Assembly (NCBI RefSeq): GCF_001194135.2
Contig: NC_068982.1
Span: 161,690,914-161,754,913 of the forward strand
Source: Octopus bimaculoides
Taxonomy: Eukaryota
DNA length: 64,000 nt
Reading direction: 5' to 3'
The stretch's first letter is position 1. The number at the start of each line of letters is the position of its first letter. The position numbers were made by a program, and so were the translations under genes. Shown here piece by piece: positions 39,804-51,959 of this stretch. Under the pieces are notes generated by a model. That model had not been told where the DNA came from. It worked only from the letters and a program-made list of their open reading frames with translations, and ran no database searches.

Positions 39804-40912
39804 CAACAACAACAGTAGCAGCAGCATTAGCAACAACAACACTATGGTAGCCTCAAACTATACATTGATCAAATGTACTGTAAATAAAATAACTAATGAT
39901 AAAGCTAATTGCCCAGCCAATTGTTACTAACATAAGATATTACAATTGAATGTCATAATGGAAATGTTGACTCTGTACTTAAATATAACTCACATCCAGC
40001 TGGAAATTTCCAGTTAATTATTATACCAATAACAGGAGAGGATAGCTATTGACTCACTCTTATTATCAGCAAATGGCTAAACATCTATACAGAACACTTT
40101 AAGGACATATTATTAAATAACATTAAAACGATCAAAGTGGATTTTATGAGACAGTCACAGAAAGAACAAATGTGCTGAAAGCCTGTGATTTAAAATGTAT
40201 GCTTGTTAGGTTAATCCTAGTCAGAAGTAAATAAAAATACAAAACTTTAGGGTTCATAATTCTATTTTTACCAGACTAGTAATAACTCATCTCTCTCAAT
40301 GTATGCTTATTAATATGTGAGTATGTGTACACACACATACAAACAGTGAGAGAGAAAGGGGAGGAGAGGAAGTGTATGAGAGAAAGTGTGAGAGAGAGAG
40401 AGATTTGTTTATGTTTGAAGATAAGAGTTATTTGTAGTCTCACATGCATGCATACATACATATATAAAACATATAAATCTGCACACATACATACATACAA
40501 AAATACCCTGTTGAAATTCTAATGAAGGAGCCTTGGATCTAGGTTAGAAACCGGCTCTTTCTCTTTTGACAAAATATCTCAAAAGTAAACTGGATAATGA
40601 TATACATACATACATACTTACATAAGCGTACACAAACATACATTCATACATACATGAAGGTGTGTGTGTTTGTGTATGTATGTAACAGCTTTTTACATCA
40701 TCATTTTATATCATCTGCTTTCCATGCTGGTATGGGTTGGACTGGTCATCATTGTTTAAATCATTTCTTATTGGAATTTGCTGCTCCCATGTGTGTTCAT
40801 ACATGTTATCTGACTTGATTTCTATGGCTGAATATCTTTCCACTTACCAACCATTCACTTTATAGGATGTAGTGGGTGCATTTTCCAATATAAATAAATA
40901 TATATATATATA

Positions 40913-41059
40913 TCATCATCGTTTAACGTCCGCTTTCCATGCTAGCATGGGTTGGACGATTTAACTGAGGACTGGTGAAACCGGATGGCAACACCAGGCT
41001 CCAATCTAAATTTGGCAGAGTTTCTACAGCTGGATGCCTTTCCTAACGCCAACTACTCA
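40913..41059 (-). mobile_element. SINE family A, young 5'-truncated copy
   Basis: catcatcatcgtttaacgtccgctttccatgctagcatggg...; CpGs retained. An opposite-strand copy follows at 41165-41375. Confidence 0.9.
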
Positions 41060-41095
41060 ATATATATATATATACATACATAGATATATATATAT

Positions 41096-41163
<68 letters not shown>

Positions 41164-41599
41164 GTATCCATGCCGGTGGCACATAAAAAGCACCATCTGA
41201 ACGTGGCTAATGCCAGTACCCCCTGACTGACACTCATGCTGGTGGCATGTAAAAAGCACTATCTGAATGTGATTGATGCCAGGCCTGCCTGACTGGCTCC
41301 TGTGCTGCTGGCATGTAAAAAGCACCCATTGCACTCTCAGAGTGGTTGGTGTTAGGAAGGGCATCCAACTGTAGAAGTTTTATTATTTGTTTTTTCTTTA
41401 TTTTTTTTTTTGCGCTATGTCTTTCAATTTCTCGTTTAAGTTTTGATTCATCATTTCCCATTTTCAAATTATTTCATTTCATCATATAATATAAAACACC
41501 AATAATACCCAGTGTTCGGATTTATACATATTTAGTCTCATATGTATAAACCTGCTATGTGTGTATATGTATGATTATGTGTGTATATATGTACACACA

Positions 41600-42596
41600 T
41601 AATGATAATAGTAATTAAAAGAAAGTCAAAAGTTTGTATGAGTATTTGTTGAAAAAGAAGGTTAAACTTCTAATGAAAAAAACTCTATTGGCAAGTAAGG
41701 CTTGTTTGAAAAGTTTAAGAAGCACTTGAATCTGCACAACACAAAAATGACTGGTGATGCTGCCATTGCTGAAACAAAGGCAGCTTCTAATTATCTTGAG
41801 AATCTAAAGAAAATTGTTGATAAAGGGGGCCACACATCAGAGCAAATTTCCAAGGTTGAAGAAATTGAACTTCTCTGTAAAAGCATGCCAGTTAGAACTT
41901 TTATTTTTTAAAAAGAAAATCAACATTAAAGCTTCCAAAAATTGCCTGGAGTTTCTTATGAAAGTAAAATCTCTACATATGTATCACTCTGAAAATCCAA
42001 GGGCTTTCAAGGTATATTCAAAGTTTAATCTACCTCTGACTTTGCATTCAAACAAGAAGGTATGGGTGACAAAGAGCCTTTTCAAAGAGTGGTTTACAAA
42101 CATTTATTGTCCTGCTGTAGAAAGTGACAAACATAACCTTTCAAACAAAACATTGCTTCTTTTAGACAATGCCTTGAGCCACTGAGTGAGCTTAGACGAC
42201 ATCTCTGATAATGTGAGAGTAGAATATATCCCCAAGAATACACGTTCTTTGCTCCAGCCAATGAATCAAGGTGTGATTGCTGACTTCAAGACATCTTATG
42301 AGAAGAACTTTCAGACAACTTATGAAAGCAATTGACAGAGAGAATAAACCTACAGTTAGAAATTTCTAGAAGAATTTCAACATAATGGATGCTGTGAAAA
42401 ATATAGCTGAGTCATGGGATGAAGTGAAACCTTCAACTTCAAATAGTCCTTGGAAAAGTATATAGCCAAACTGTATCTGTGACATTACAAGTTTTCCAAA
42501 AGCAGAAAGTTTGCATCAAATTCGGAAAGATATTGAGACACTTGTAAAACATACAGAATTTGAAGAAATCATAGAGGATGATGTGGTTGAGTCTGA
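41600..42596 (+). mobile_element. Tigger/pogo (DDE_1) transposase pseudogene
   Basis: FEKFKKHLNLHNTKMTGDAA..; LPL..HSNKKVWVTKSLFKEWF..YCPAVE...LSNKTLLLLDNA.SH; PKNT.SLLQPMNQGVIADFK. Confidence 0.92.
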
Positions 42597-42782
42597 CCGT
42601 TGACTGAACACTATTCAATTTTTTTTTCTCCGTGTTTTTCTCCTTGTCTCCGTATTCTTTCTGTTGAAGAGCGTAGCTCGAAACGTCAAAGACTTTCCGT
42701 ATTCCCGAGCGTCATACTAATATATACTTTTGTTATTTACACCACCTGTCCTCGTCTGTTGTTATTATTTGTATATTCTCCC
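42597..42782 (+). mobile_element. Solo PLE-type terminal repeat, young
   Basis: CpG-rich island in CpG-poor surroundings; carries the minimal hammerhead motif; no ORF. Confidence 0.6.
42656..42692 (+). ncRNA. Minimal hammerhead-ribozyme-like motif
   Basis: TCTTT-CTGTTGA-A-GAG(CGTAG)CTC-GAAAC-GTC-AAAGA: 5-bp stem I, 3-bp stem II, vestigial stem III, GUC site. Core A6 is replaced by U. Confidence 0.6.
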
Positions 42783-42919
42783 AATATCAAAAGCTGGTTG
42801 GACAAGAGTTGTAAGGCAGTTGGAAGCCTTGTATTTAATTAGCAAGATTTTCCTTGCAGTGTCATCAATATGCTGCAGGCGTACAGTACATGACAACAAC
42901 AATATACTCTTTTATTCTT

Positions 42920-43440
42920 TTACTGCCTTGAAGGATTTCAGGCAAATAAATCGTCCCCAGGACTTATTTTTTTAAGCCTAGTACTTATTCTATTGGTGTC
43001 TTTTGCTGAACCTTTAAGTTACAGGGGCATAAACACACCAACACCATTTGTCAAGTGGTGATGGGAGGACAAACACAGACACAAAGACACGCACACATAG
43101 GTACAAACACACACACACAGATATATTTGTATATATGATGGGCTTCTTTCAGTTTCTTATTTCTTTATTGCCAACAAGGGGCTAAACATAGAGGGGACAA
43201 ACAAGGACAGACAAAGGGATTAAGTCGATTACATCGGCCCCAGTGCGTAACTGGTACTTAATTTATCGACCACGAAAGGATGAAAGGCAAAGTCAATCTC
43301 GGCGGAATTTGAACTCAGAACATAATGGCAGACGAAATACCACTAAGCATTTCGCCCGGCATGCTAACGATTCTGCCAGTTTGCTTCTTTCAGTTTCTGC
43401 CTACCAAATCCACTCACAAGGCTTTGGTTGGCCTACACAC
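42920..43440 (-). mobile_element. SINE family C interrupted by a nested family B SINE (43158-43382)
   Basis: 16-bp TSD gcttctttcagtttct at 43142-43157 and 43383-43398. Confidence 0.9.
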
Positions 43441-43499
43441 ACACACGCGCGCACGCATACATTCATATATACATATGTATGAACATGCCTGTGAATGCA

Positions 43500-44075
43500 T
43501 GACTATTTAAAATTTAGGAGTCAGACAGGTGCAGCCAATGTTGCTCTCTCTGAAGAAATACCAATTCTAACTGCAGTCACTCAGGGAATTGTATTGGGAC
43601 CACTACTGTTTGTGATAGCTCTCTCAGACATGCCACTCATACCAGCAATACTGACAATACAAAAGTATTACAGGCAGTCAATGACCTTGATGATATCTCA
43701 AAACTACAGAAAGATATGAATGCAATATACAAGAAGGCTGAAGAAAACATGCAGCTCATTGCTGAGAAATTTCAAGTGCACTGCTATTAGCTCACAAGTT
43801 GATTACAATTAGAATGCATAGGGCCAGGGAGTATTACAATCCCAGAATCACAGTTGTTGCACGACCTGGGAGTTCACATAAATAATGATGCATCATTCCA
43901 TAGCAGCAATGCACAGGTGACTGGCTGGTTGGATTCTGAGATCAATCAATACAAGGAAAAGGAAACCATGTTGGTCCTGTGGAGGACATTTATTCTTGCC
44001 TGGATTACTACTGCCATTTATGACTGCAACATAACATCAAACTGACAATAGAGCTTGAGGCAATCTGATAAAGAT
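43500..44075 (+). mobile_element. CR1/L2-group LINE RT fragment
   Basis: VTQGIVLGPLLFVIALSDMP, then a degenerate LQKDMNAIY..AEENMQL.AEKFQ motif and LHDLGVHINNDASF. Confidence 0.75.
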
Positions 44076-46652
44076 GACAAAAGATAGAAACAAGTAGTGA
44101 CTTTCAATAGGGAAGAAGTCCTACACACAAGTGAAAGCATGGCAAAATAGTAATTAAAATGGCAGTGGTGGTGATGGAGGCTGGGATTTACAATATATAT
44201 CTACACTGGATTTCTCACCTGTTATGTTTATGTTAAATCTCCATCTATTGCCCTCTCATCCATCAAGTGCCTTTCTCTTATTCACTGTCCCATGCCACTT
44301 TGTATAATAGGGAATAGCATTGGATCTACCTGTATTCAATTCTCTCAACATTATCCTTTATCATTCTACCTTTCTTTCTTTCTTTCTCCCCCCCTCTATA
44401 TCATCACCCATCTTTATTGCTAAAACATGTTTGTACTAAAGAGTAACCTTTAGTTTTGCAATTGACAGGACAGCTGCTCTAATATTGGTGCTATGGCAAA
44501 AATACACCCAGTACATTCTGTAAAAGTTGTAAAATGTGTAGTGACAATGCAGAGATGACTCTTAGTTTTGTGTGGGCATGATAATCTATTATTAATGCAA
44601 TAATAAAATTCATCCAGTAAACTGTTTAGCATTAGGAAGGGCATCTAGCCATAGATACCTTGTTAAAATGGAATGTATGAACAAAACAAGAGCAGTTAAC
44701 ACCAAATAAGAATTACCTTGGATTCTGATGATCTATCCAAACCATGCCAGCATGAACAGTAGTCATACAATGATGATGATGATATATTGCATTTTTTCCC
44801 ATGTTGATATCTAGGTAAATATTTGTGTACATATGTGTATGTATGCATGCACAACCATATTTAATATAGAAAATAGTAGTTCACAGATTCCTAAAATTTA
44901 TATTGAAAAGAACCTAACTGGTATTTTGACACTTTCCTCTAGCTAGTAAAATCTGAAGTAATGTGCATGTGCCCAGTTCTCACTAGTATTGAAAGAACAG
45001 ATGTCAAAATGATGATGATGAAGCTGATGATGATAATGATGATACCACCACTGATGATGGTGGTGGACAGAATTAGATACAGCTACACAGAACAGACTGA
45101 ACAAAGCAGTTTCCCATCCCTAAATAATGTTTCTCAGTGTGTCTATTTAATGTCCATTACTATACACAGTTAAAGTAGTATGGTATGTCTGCTCTAAAAC
45201 GTTGCTGACCATTTAAAAGGTAGAAGTGCATTCTACATTAGAGTGCTGCTCACATATCTAGGACAGAGTAGCTTCTGCACACACATACATTACACAAACA
45301 CTCAGCAAATAAAAGGCCATCTGAGTAATTGGCAAATCTTTGCAAACCAACAGCTTACAATCTCTGACCCAATAATCTCTCTCTCTCTCTTGTCCCTCCT
45401 GCTGCTGGTATTACAACTGCTGTTACTACCACTACTGCTGTGATGCTACTATTACTACTACTGCTACTATAGCTACTACTGCAGCCCTGACTACTACTAC
45501 TACTACTACTGTTACTGCTGCTGCTGCTACTACTTCTCTGAACCAGCAAGTTGTGTTATTTCTGTTGAAGCTCACCTGATGTTCTCATCTCTCTCTTTCT
45601 GTGTCTCGACCCCTACCAGCATCCACACTAAACACTACTCTATATTTCGTCTCCAGAATCACAACCCTTCAGAATTCCCTCTTGTTCAGATTTTTCTCAA
45701 CTGACATCAACCTGCAGTGGTTCAGGCAGAAAATCATGAACGTCAGCTGCAGAGGGGACCTCTACATGGTTGACCGATCTACTAGAAGTAGCAGTCAAAT
45801 CTTCAAATCACATTCTGCCGTCTTGGGACAGTAAAAGTTACATTGATGAATGCAGCTCATCCTATATATCCATAAAACGGGATGGTCACGTTGGGAATAC
45901 CTCTGATCATAGGTCTACTTGATCAGGGTTAACCTGAAGCTAAACGTCAGTTGTAAAGATTATGGAATGAATTGTCTATCTCATATAAGCACAAGTGCAC
46001 AGATTTCTGAAGGAGAGAAATATTCGATTAAATTCCTTCCAATACTTGACTAGAACTTATTTTATCGACCTTGGGACTGTAGAAAGACAAACTTGACTGT
46101 GATAAAATTTGAACATAAGACTAATAATAAAGGAAAATTTGGTGTTATCCATACTGGACTGACGAAACAAGATAATTTCTCACCGGTGTCAGTGTCGAGA
46201 TAATGTCCTTTATCAGATATCTAAGCCAACAAGCACCTTTCATATAACCGTTTGAATGCTAGAAATAGCAATCAAATTTCTCAATTTACAAACATCATCT
46301 TGAATAAAAACAGGATGGTTTCAGATGGAACGTCTTTGATTAAAGGTCTGTTGATCAGGGTTGTCCTGAAGGTAAACAAACATCTTAAAATAGACCGGTA
46401 CTTTTTAACCATCTTGTCTATATGTCTTCCCTTTACTATTCACCATCCCGGTAACTCCTACAGATATGATAAGAAAAAGTTATCTTATGCACAGTACAAT
46501 TTATTAATAGCCTTATATTACTTTAACATTAGCGTCCTTAAAAATCAACTTTTAAGGAAAATTAATCTAGTAAAATCAGTTCAGGCAATGATTTTTAAAA
46601 CCAAAAACAGTTTTCCCATAAATCTCCAAATTTTCCCCAAGTTTTAAAATAG

Positions 46653-46705
46653 CAGAGTTTGCTAGAGAAGTCACGGAAATATGACGAGTTTGCAATTGAT
46701 GACAG
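46653..46705 (+). CDS. Probable penultimate exon, (Q)SLLEKSRKYDEFAIDD(S); product unknown
   Basis: Tandem TAG/CAG acceptors; AG|gtttga donor; 73-nt AT-rich intron with pyrimidine tract joins in frame to the next exon. Confidence 0.55.
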
Positions 46706-46778
46706 GTTTGAAGTTCAAACAAGAATAGATCAAGAATGTACTGTTTTCCTTTATTGTAATTTTTCAAATTCTAAACAG

Positions 46779-46869
46779 CAAATTTCGAGACTGGATGACA
46801 GAAACTGTAAAGCGTCGGACAAAATATTTTGCGGCATTTGGTAATGGTCCGTTATTCACAGAGGGGTAG
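46779..46869 (+). CDS. Probable last coding exon, KFRDWMTETVKRRTKYFAAFGNGPLFTEG*; product unknown
   Basis: ttttcaaattctaaacag| acceptor; in frame with the previous exon; TAG at 46867-46869. An internal TTTG|gtaatg donor at 46840/46841 is an alternative. Confidence 0.55.
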
Positions 46870-47177
46870 AAAAAACAGGTACTTCTTGTGTACCGGATCC
46901 GATTCAAGTAACTCAATCTTTTCCCAAAATGTATGGCCTTGTGCTAAAGTTGGAAATTATAATCATAAGGACTAAATGCTATTTAATTAGATACTTTCTC
47001 ATTCTGAGTTTAAATTCCCATGGTCCACGAAACAATTTTAATGAGAAGTTGGGCATACACTCATGCACGTGCAAGTGTATGCAGAAATGTATGGTTATAT
47101 ATTGAAAACGTTAACCGCATCCATCTCGGAGGTTAGGAGAGTCTGTGAGTACGCACGCCCTCTCTTTAGGCTGAACG

Positions 47178-47183
47178 AATAAA
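47178..47183 (+). terminator. Candidate polyadenylation signal AATAAA
   Basis: Canonical hexamer ~310 nt after the predicted stop; common by chance in AT-rich DNA. Confidence 0.3.
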
Positions 47184-47189
47184 TATAAT

Positions 47190-47960
47190 TATGGATTTTG
47201 GGGAAGGTGGTTAGTTGATACCACCAACATCAGTATATGACTGGTACTTTATTTAATCGACACCCAAAATGATGATAGGCAAAGTTGATGTGGGACAGGA
47301 ATTGAATTCAGAACGAAGAGAGGGAAGAAGCACCGCAAAGCATTTTGACACTAATATTTTTGCCAACTCGATGCTCATTTAAGGACTTAAACAGGGGACA
47401 AGGTTAGGAATTTTTAGGCGGGGATCTGTCGATTACATCGATCCAGGTATTCAACTGGTACTTTATTTTATCGAATTCAGGAAGCAAAGTTGATCTCGGA
47501 AGGATTTGAACCCAGCACGTACAAAGCCCCAACAAAATAATACTACAAGGTATTATGTCTAGCCAACTATTAGCAGCGATTTAAAATTGACTGTACCATC
47601 CCTCAAATATGTTTAGGGTTTCAGTTTAGTCAACTACACACACCTACAACATCTGGTCTTAGGGCTGTTAGAATTCTATTGATTGGTGGAATCGTTAGAT
47701 CGTTGGATAAAAGCTCAAATTCCGCCGAGGTCCAACTTTGCCTTTTCTCTCTTCTAGGTTAGTATGATCGATTTAATCGACAAACTCCTCCCCACAAAAT
47801 TTCGATGCATCTTGCTGTATTTATTGTCCCTTTATATTTAGAGTTCAAATCTAGTCAGAGTTGACTTCACTTTTCATCTCTATGGGACGATAAAATAATA
47901 TACCTGCTAAGTGTTAGGTTAACTAATTATGCTATAAACTCTAATTCAAAATTTGTGGAC
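47190..47960. mobile_element. Cluster of partial family B SINEs on both strands
   Basis: Repeated ggtact..ttat.tatcga...gcaaagttga...gaattgaa modules at 47190-47540 (-) and 47685-47960 (+). Confidence 0.7.
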
Positions 47961-48203
47961 TTATGCCAAAGTTAGAAATCATTATTATTATTATTTATTC
48001 ATTTCGAATTTTGACGTCCACGCATACCTTGATGAGTTTATAAGCAAACTCTAGTGTTCAGAACATGGAAGTATAGAAGTACGGTTTACAAAGCTATGTA
48101 AATTACAACTGCTGTTGCTTCACTTCATTCAGTAGATATTTTTACACTCAAAACATTGCTTTCAGAGACGACTTGATGGAAGTATAGCAGCCAGCATTCA
48201 TAC

Positions 48204-48219
48204 CTGCTGTATCTCTCAT
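48204..48219 (-). CDS. Possible first coding exon (MRDTA+G) of a divergent transcript
   Basis: ATG with A at -3 followed by CAG|gtatga donor at the edge of the CpG core; no downstream exon linked. Confidence 0.2.
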
Positions 48220-48699
48220 TCTACCGCGATTGTTTCTTCAAGAATTTTGCACACGACTCTCTTCTGTTTTCATGCTCTGCCGCTAACCTAACGATGGTTA
48301 GAGCGAAGTACTTGACTACACAGCCTTAGCCCACTCACTCTACTTCACTTACTTTTTACTCAAAACATTCAGCTAAAATCATGATCGTTCTAAGACATTA
48401 ATGACTGGTAATCGTTATTTAAAATTTAAAAAAAAAAGTAAAAAATTTTCAACGGCTGCTTAGTGTTTTGTTTGTATTTGAAATATTAGTTTATTTAATA
48501 ACCAGAAATAAATAGGTTTAATAGATAAAGTGAAAATGCTTAAACATGTAAAAATAATTTAATGAACCATTCTGATAATTTTATTTCAATAAAGCATTTA
48601 TATAAAGTCAGTGTATATTTTTGAAATATGAAATAAATAATGGTAATAAGAAACAAGCCAACCAGCCCACTGAACAAGAAATCTGTTAAAAGATGTGAA

Positions 48700-49153
48700 T
48701 GTAGCTTTAGGCAACTATGGTCTTTCATAGTTTTCACAATTCCAAAGCGCGGTTTTGAATGAGAGACAGAGAGAGCAGGAGAGAAATACCTATTTATCTA
48801 TATATCTCTCGCTGAACATTTTAACAACATTCGATACGGGAAGTAGCGAAATGTCTTCTATCACACTAAGAGCGGCGGTGAATTTTTGAAAACTTCAGTA
48901 TTCTTCAAACAATTCTACAACTTTCCTCCTTTCCCTGACTCACACGCTCGCCAAGCTCAATTAATATCGTCCGACGGGGTTTGATCTCAGAATCGACGCT
49001 CTTACAATTTGCATTCGGCAGCTGTAACGGAAACATACGAATGTAGCCGAAGTGTGTGTTGGTATAATGGCTGACAGTGGACTGTACTCACGGACTACTA
49101 CAGTGATGTACAGGGAGTTTAAGTTTTCTTGATAGAATATGGAAATGTGAGCC
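48700..49153 (+). promoter_or_regulatory. Probable promoter and 5' UTR (CpG-densest unique sequence)
   Basis: TE-free, CpG-rich, TGACTCA (AP-1-like) at 48936-48942, directly upstream of an ATG-to-donor exon. Confidence 0.6.
49067..49132 (+). other. Candidate upstream ORF, MADSGLYSRTTTVMYREFKFS*
   Basis: ataATGG context; stops 21 nt before the main ATG. Confidence 0.35.
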
Positions 49154-49220
49154 ATGAGCTCGTGTGAACAAACGGAAGATAATATAAGTGATAGTGAGGT
49201 GGCTCATTATTACAAACCAG
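49154..49220 (+). CDS. Probable first coding exon, MSSCEQTEDNISDSEVAHYYKP(x); product unknown
   Basis: gccATG start, 22 open codons, CAG|gtaatt donor (phase 1), within the CpG island; downstream exons not identified. Confidence 0.55.
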
Positions 49221-49872
49221 GTAATTAGTTTTCACCTTTTTCTTCGTTCTCAGCTGTAAATTTTCGTCCGTCAAGAGAGAGGCACTCACTGTATGAACAG
49301 AGGGGAGAAGAAGAAAAAATAGCCAATGTGGCTACAACTGATTTCTTACTACAAATTATATACATTCTCTAGCAATAACACAAAACACGACACTATCAAA
49401 TTTATCAGTAGCTTGTAATATATCATCTTTGTTTTATTATAAAACCTAATATTGTATTTCAATGGAGATTGCTTGTTAGATATTATTATTATTATGATTA
49501 TTATTATTATTATCATTGACATCATCATCGTTCTCTTCCTTCTCTTTATTATCATCATCATCACTAAGCTTTCTTACCGGGATTGTATGGATTGTCTATG
49601 GTTGTATTTTATCTCAAGACGAAAGTTAAGGAGTCTGAGGGTTGGATGATGTGAATGATTCATATTAATACACACACACACACACACACACACACATTAT
49701 ATACCTTTCTGACAATTACATACATTCATGTATGCTTACACACACATACACACACACAGTCTATTAGCTATGTGAACAGCAGTAAACGCGAAATTGAGGA
49801 ATAGAGCAATCTCAACACTAAATATTTACACTTTTCTTTGGTATTGAGTACCTTTCGTTTCGAAACTCAAAG

Positions 49873-49911
<39 letters not shown>

Positions 49912-50846
49912 ACACACACAACTGATTTGTTACATCAACCGTCCTCTATTTAAATAATAAATACATGTAATTAACTTCTGTCAGTAAAGGACTAAATAAT
50001 TTAATTCCATTTCGTATAGTTACTGTAGTTGTTTGTCTCCCTCTTAATATGTTTTCCAACATCTCATTCTAACCAATAAAACTTTACTGAAAAGAGATGA
50101 GGAGAAAAGAGATTTTTTTTTGGACAGAATTGCTTTACTCTTCATTTTATTAAATTATGTGTGAGCAGTACTAACACACACACACACACACACTTCAGCG
50201 CGCGTGTGTGCGCTTACAATCAGGAATATAGGTATATATATATATATACAGGAGTGTGTTTGGGTGGGTGGGTGCATCTCTATGTATGAGCGTGATGTGT
50301 ATGTATATATTGATGCATAAAAATGTATACGTATGTGTGCATACATAAATGCAAATGTGCATAAATTCGTACATGTATAAAGATGTACGAAAATATACAT
50401 AACTGTAAGTGCATATATTTGTGTGCTTATACGCATAAGACATTTGTGCATGTACTGAGGTACGCGTACCTCACCGCATGCACAAATTGCATGCATAAAC
50501 GTATATGTATATGGATGCTACTATAAAAGTGTATATATACAAAAATCTCTCTATATAAATAGATATGCATCTAAAATTATGTATCTATCTGCATGTATGT
50601 GTATATATAAATCTACGGTTATATATGTATATATACATACGTGTGTGTGTATAATATATATATATATATATGAATGTATATAAACGTGTATATACATTGT
50701 GTGTGTATGTAAATGTGTATATACAAACATATATATAGTTACGTATATTTGTGTGTGTGTACTTGAATGTATCCAAATAGATGTACATAATTATATGCAT
50801 ATGAATGTGTATACATAAATACATACGTATATATGGACGTGTGTTA

Positions 50847-50925
<79 letters not shown>

Positions 50926-51118
50926 ATTATGTGTATATGTGGTGTAATGTAACATGTGTATATGAGTAGATATGTGTGTGTATATATATATATAATATAT
51001 ACACACACATACATTAGAATCTCCCCCCCCTCTCTCTCTCTCTATATATATATATACATACACACACACACACATGCTATATTATATACGTATACTTTCA
51101 TATCAGAAGGTATACATT

Positions 51119-51169
<51 letters not shown>

Positions 51170-51204
51170 CATAAATTTCGAGCGAACGATATACATAGGC
51201 GCAT

Positions 51205-51420
51205 ATACATATGCGCGGGCGTGGCTGTATGGTTATGAAGCTTGCTTTCTGACTATGTGATGCCGGGTTCAGTTCCACTGCGTGGTACTTAGGGCAAGAA
51301 TCTTATATCCTTGGTTTGACCAAAGACATGTGAATAGATTTGGTTGACGGAAACTGAAAGAAGCCTGTTGTGTGTATGCTTACGTCCCCTTGTCTTGACA
51401 TTGCGTGATAGTGGTAAATG
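51205..51420 (+). mobile_element. SINE family C copy with intact tRNA-like head
   Basis: ggcgtggctgtatggttatgaagcttgc...gccgggttcagttccactgcgtggtac; CpGs retained. Confidence 0.8.
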
Positions 51421-51891
51421 AGTGTCACTGTCATCCAAGTTGTGTCATTCATTTCCAATTTCCTATGTGTGGCCGCTGAAATGTTATTACCTTGTGAGGG
51501 TTGCCAACAGGAAAGCTATCTGGTCGTAGAAAATCTGCCGCAACAAATTCTCTCTGTCCCATGCCAGCATGGAAAAGTGGACGTTAAATCATAACGATGA
51601 TATCTATTTCTATGTATGTATAAATGTTTGTGTGTGTATGTATATATGAATGACTTCCTGTATTTATGTAAATGTATGTGTGTGTGTATATATATACATA
51701 TACAAGTATGAATACATATATGTGTATGTACATATATATGCCATGGCTATATATATGTTTATACAGATTCTCAGACATTATATCAATATGATCATTTAAT
51801 CTCGGTGTCTCCATGTTGACGTTTGTTGGACATTATATGTATATACATTTATGTATACACTAAATACCTCTATATATAACTGTATAGGTAC

Positions 51892-51930
<39 letters not shown>

Positions 51931-51959
51931 AATATGTCATGTATGTGTAGTCATATATA

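Larger units (their letters stand above)
45600..51700. promoter_or_regulatory. CpG-retaining (putatively unmethylated) domain
   Basis: CpG is frequent in unique DNA, old SINE remnants and even microsatellites (tacgta, gcgcgc). Flanking DNA shows CG-to-TG/CA decay except in young insertions. Judged by eye; edges approximate. Confidence 0.65.

Noticed and set aside
49221-49253. GT...CAG segment giving an in-frame continuation of the first exon
   Set aside because: 33 nt is implausibly short for a spliceosomal intron in this lineage; would need junction reads.
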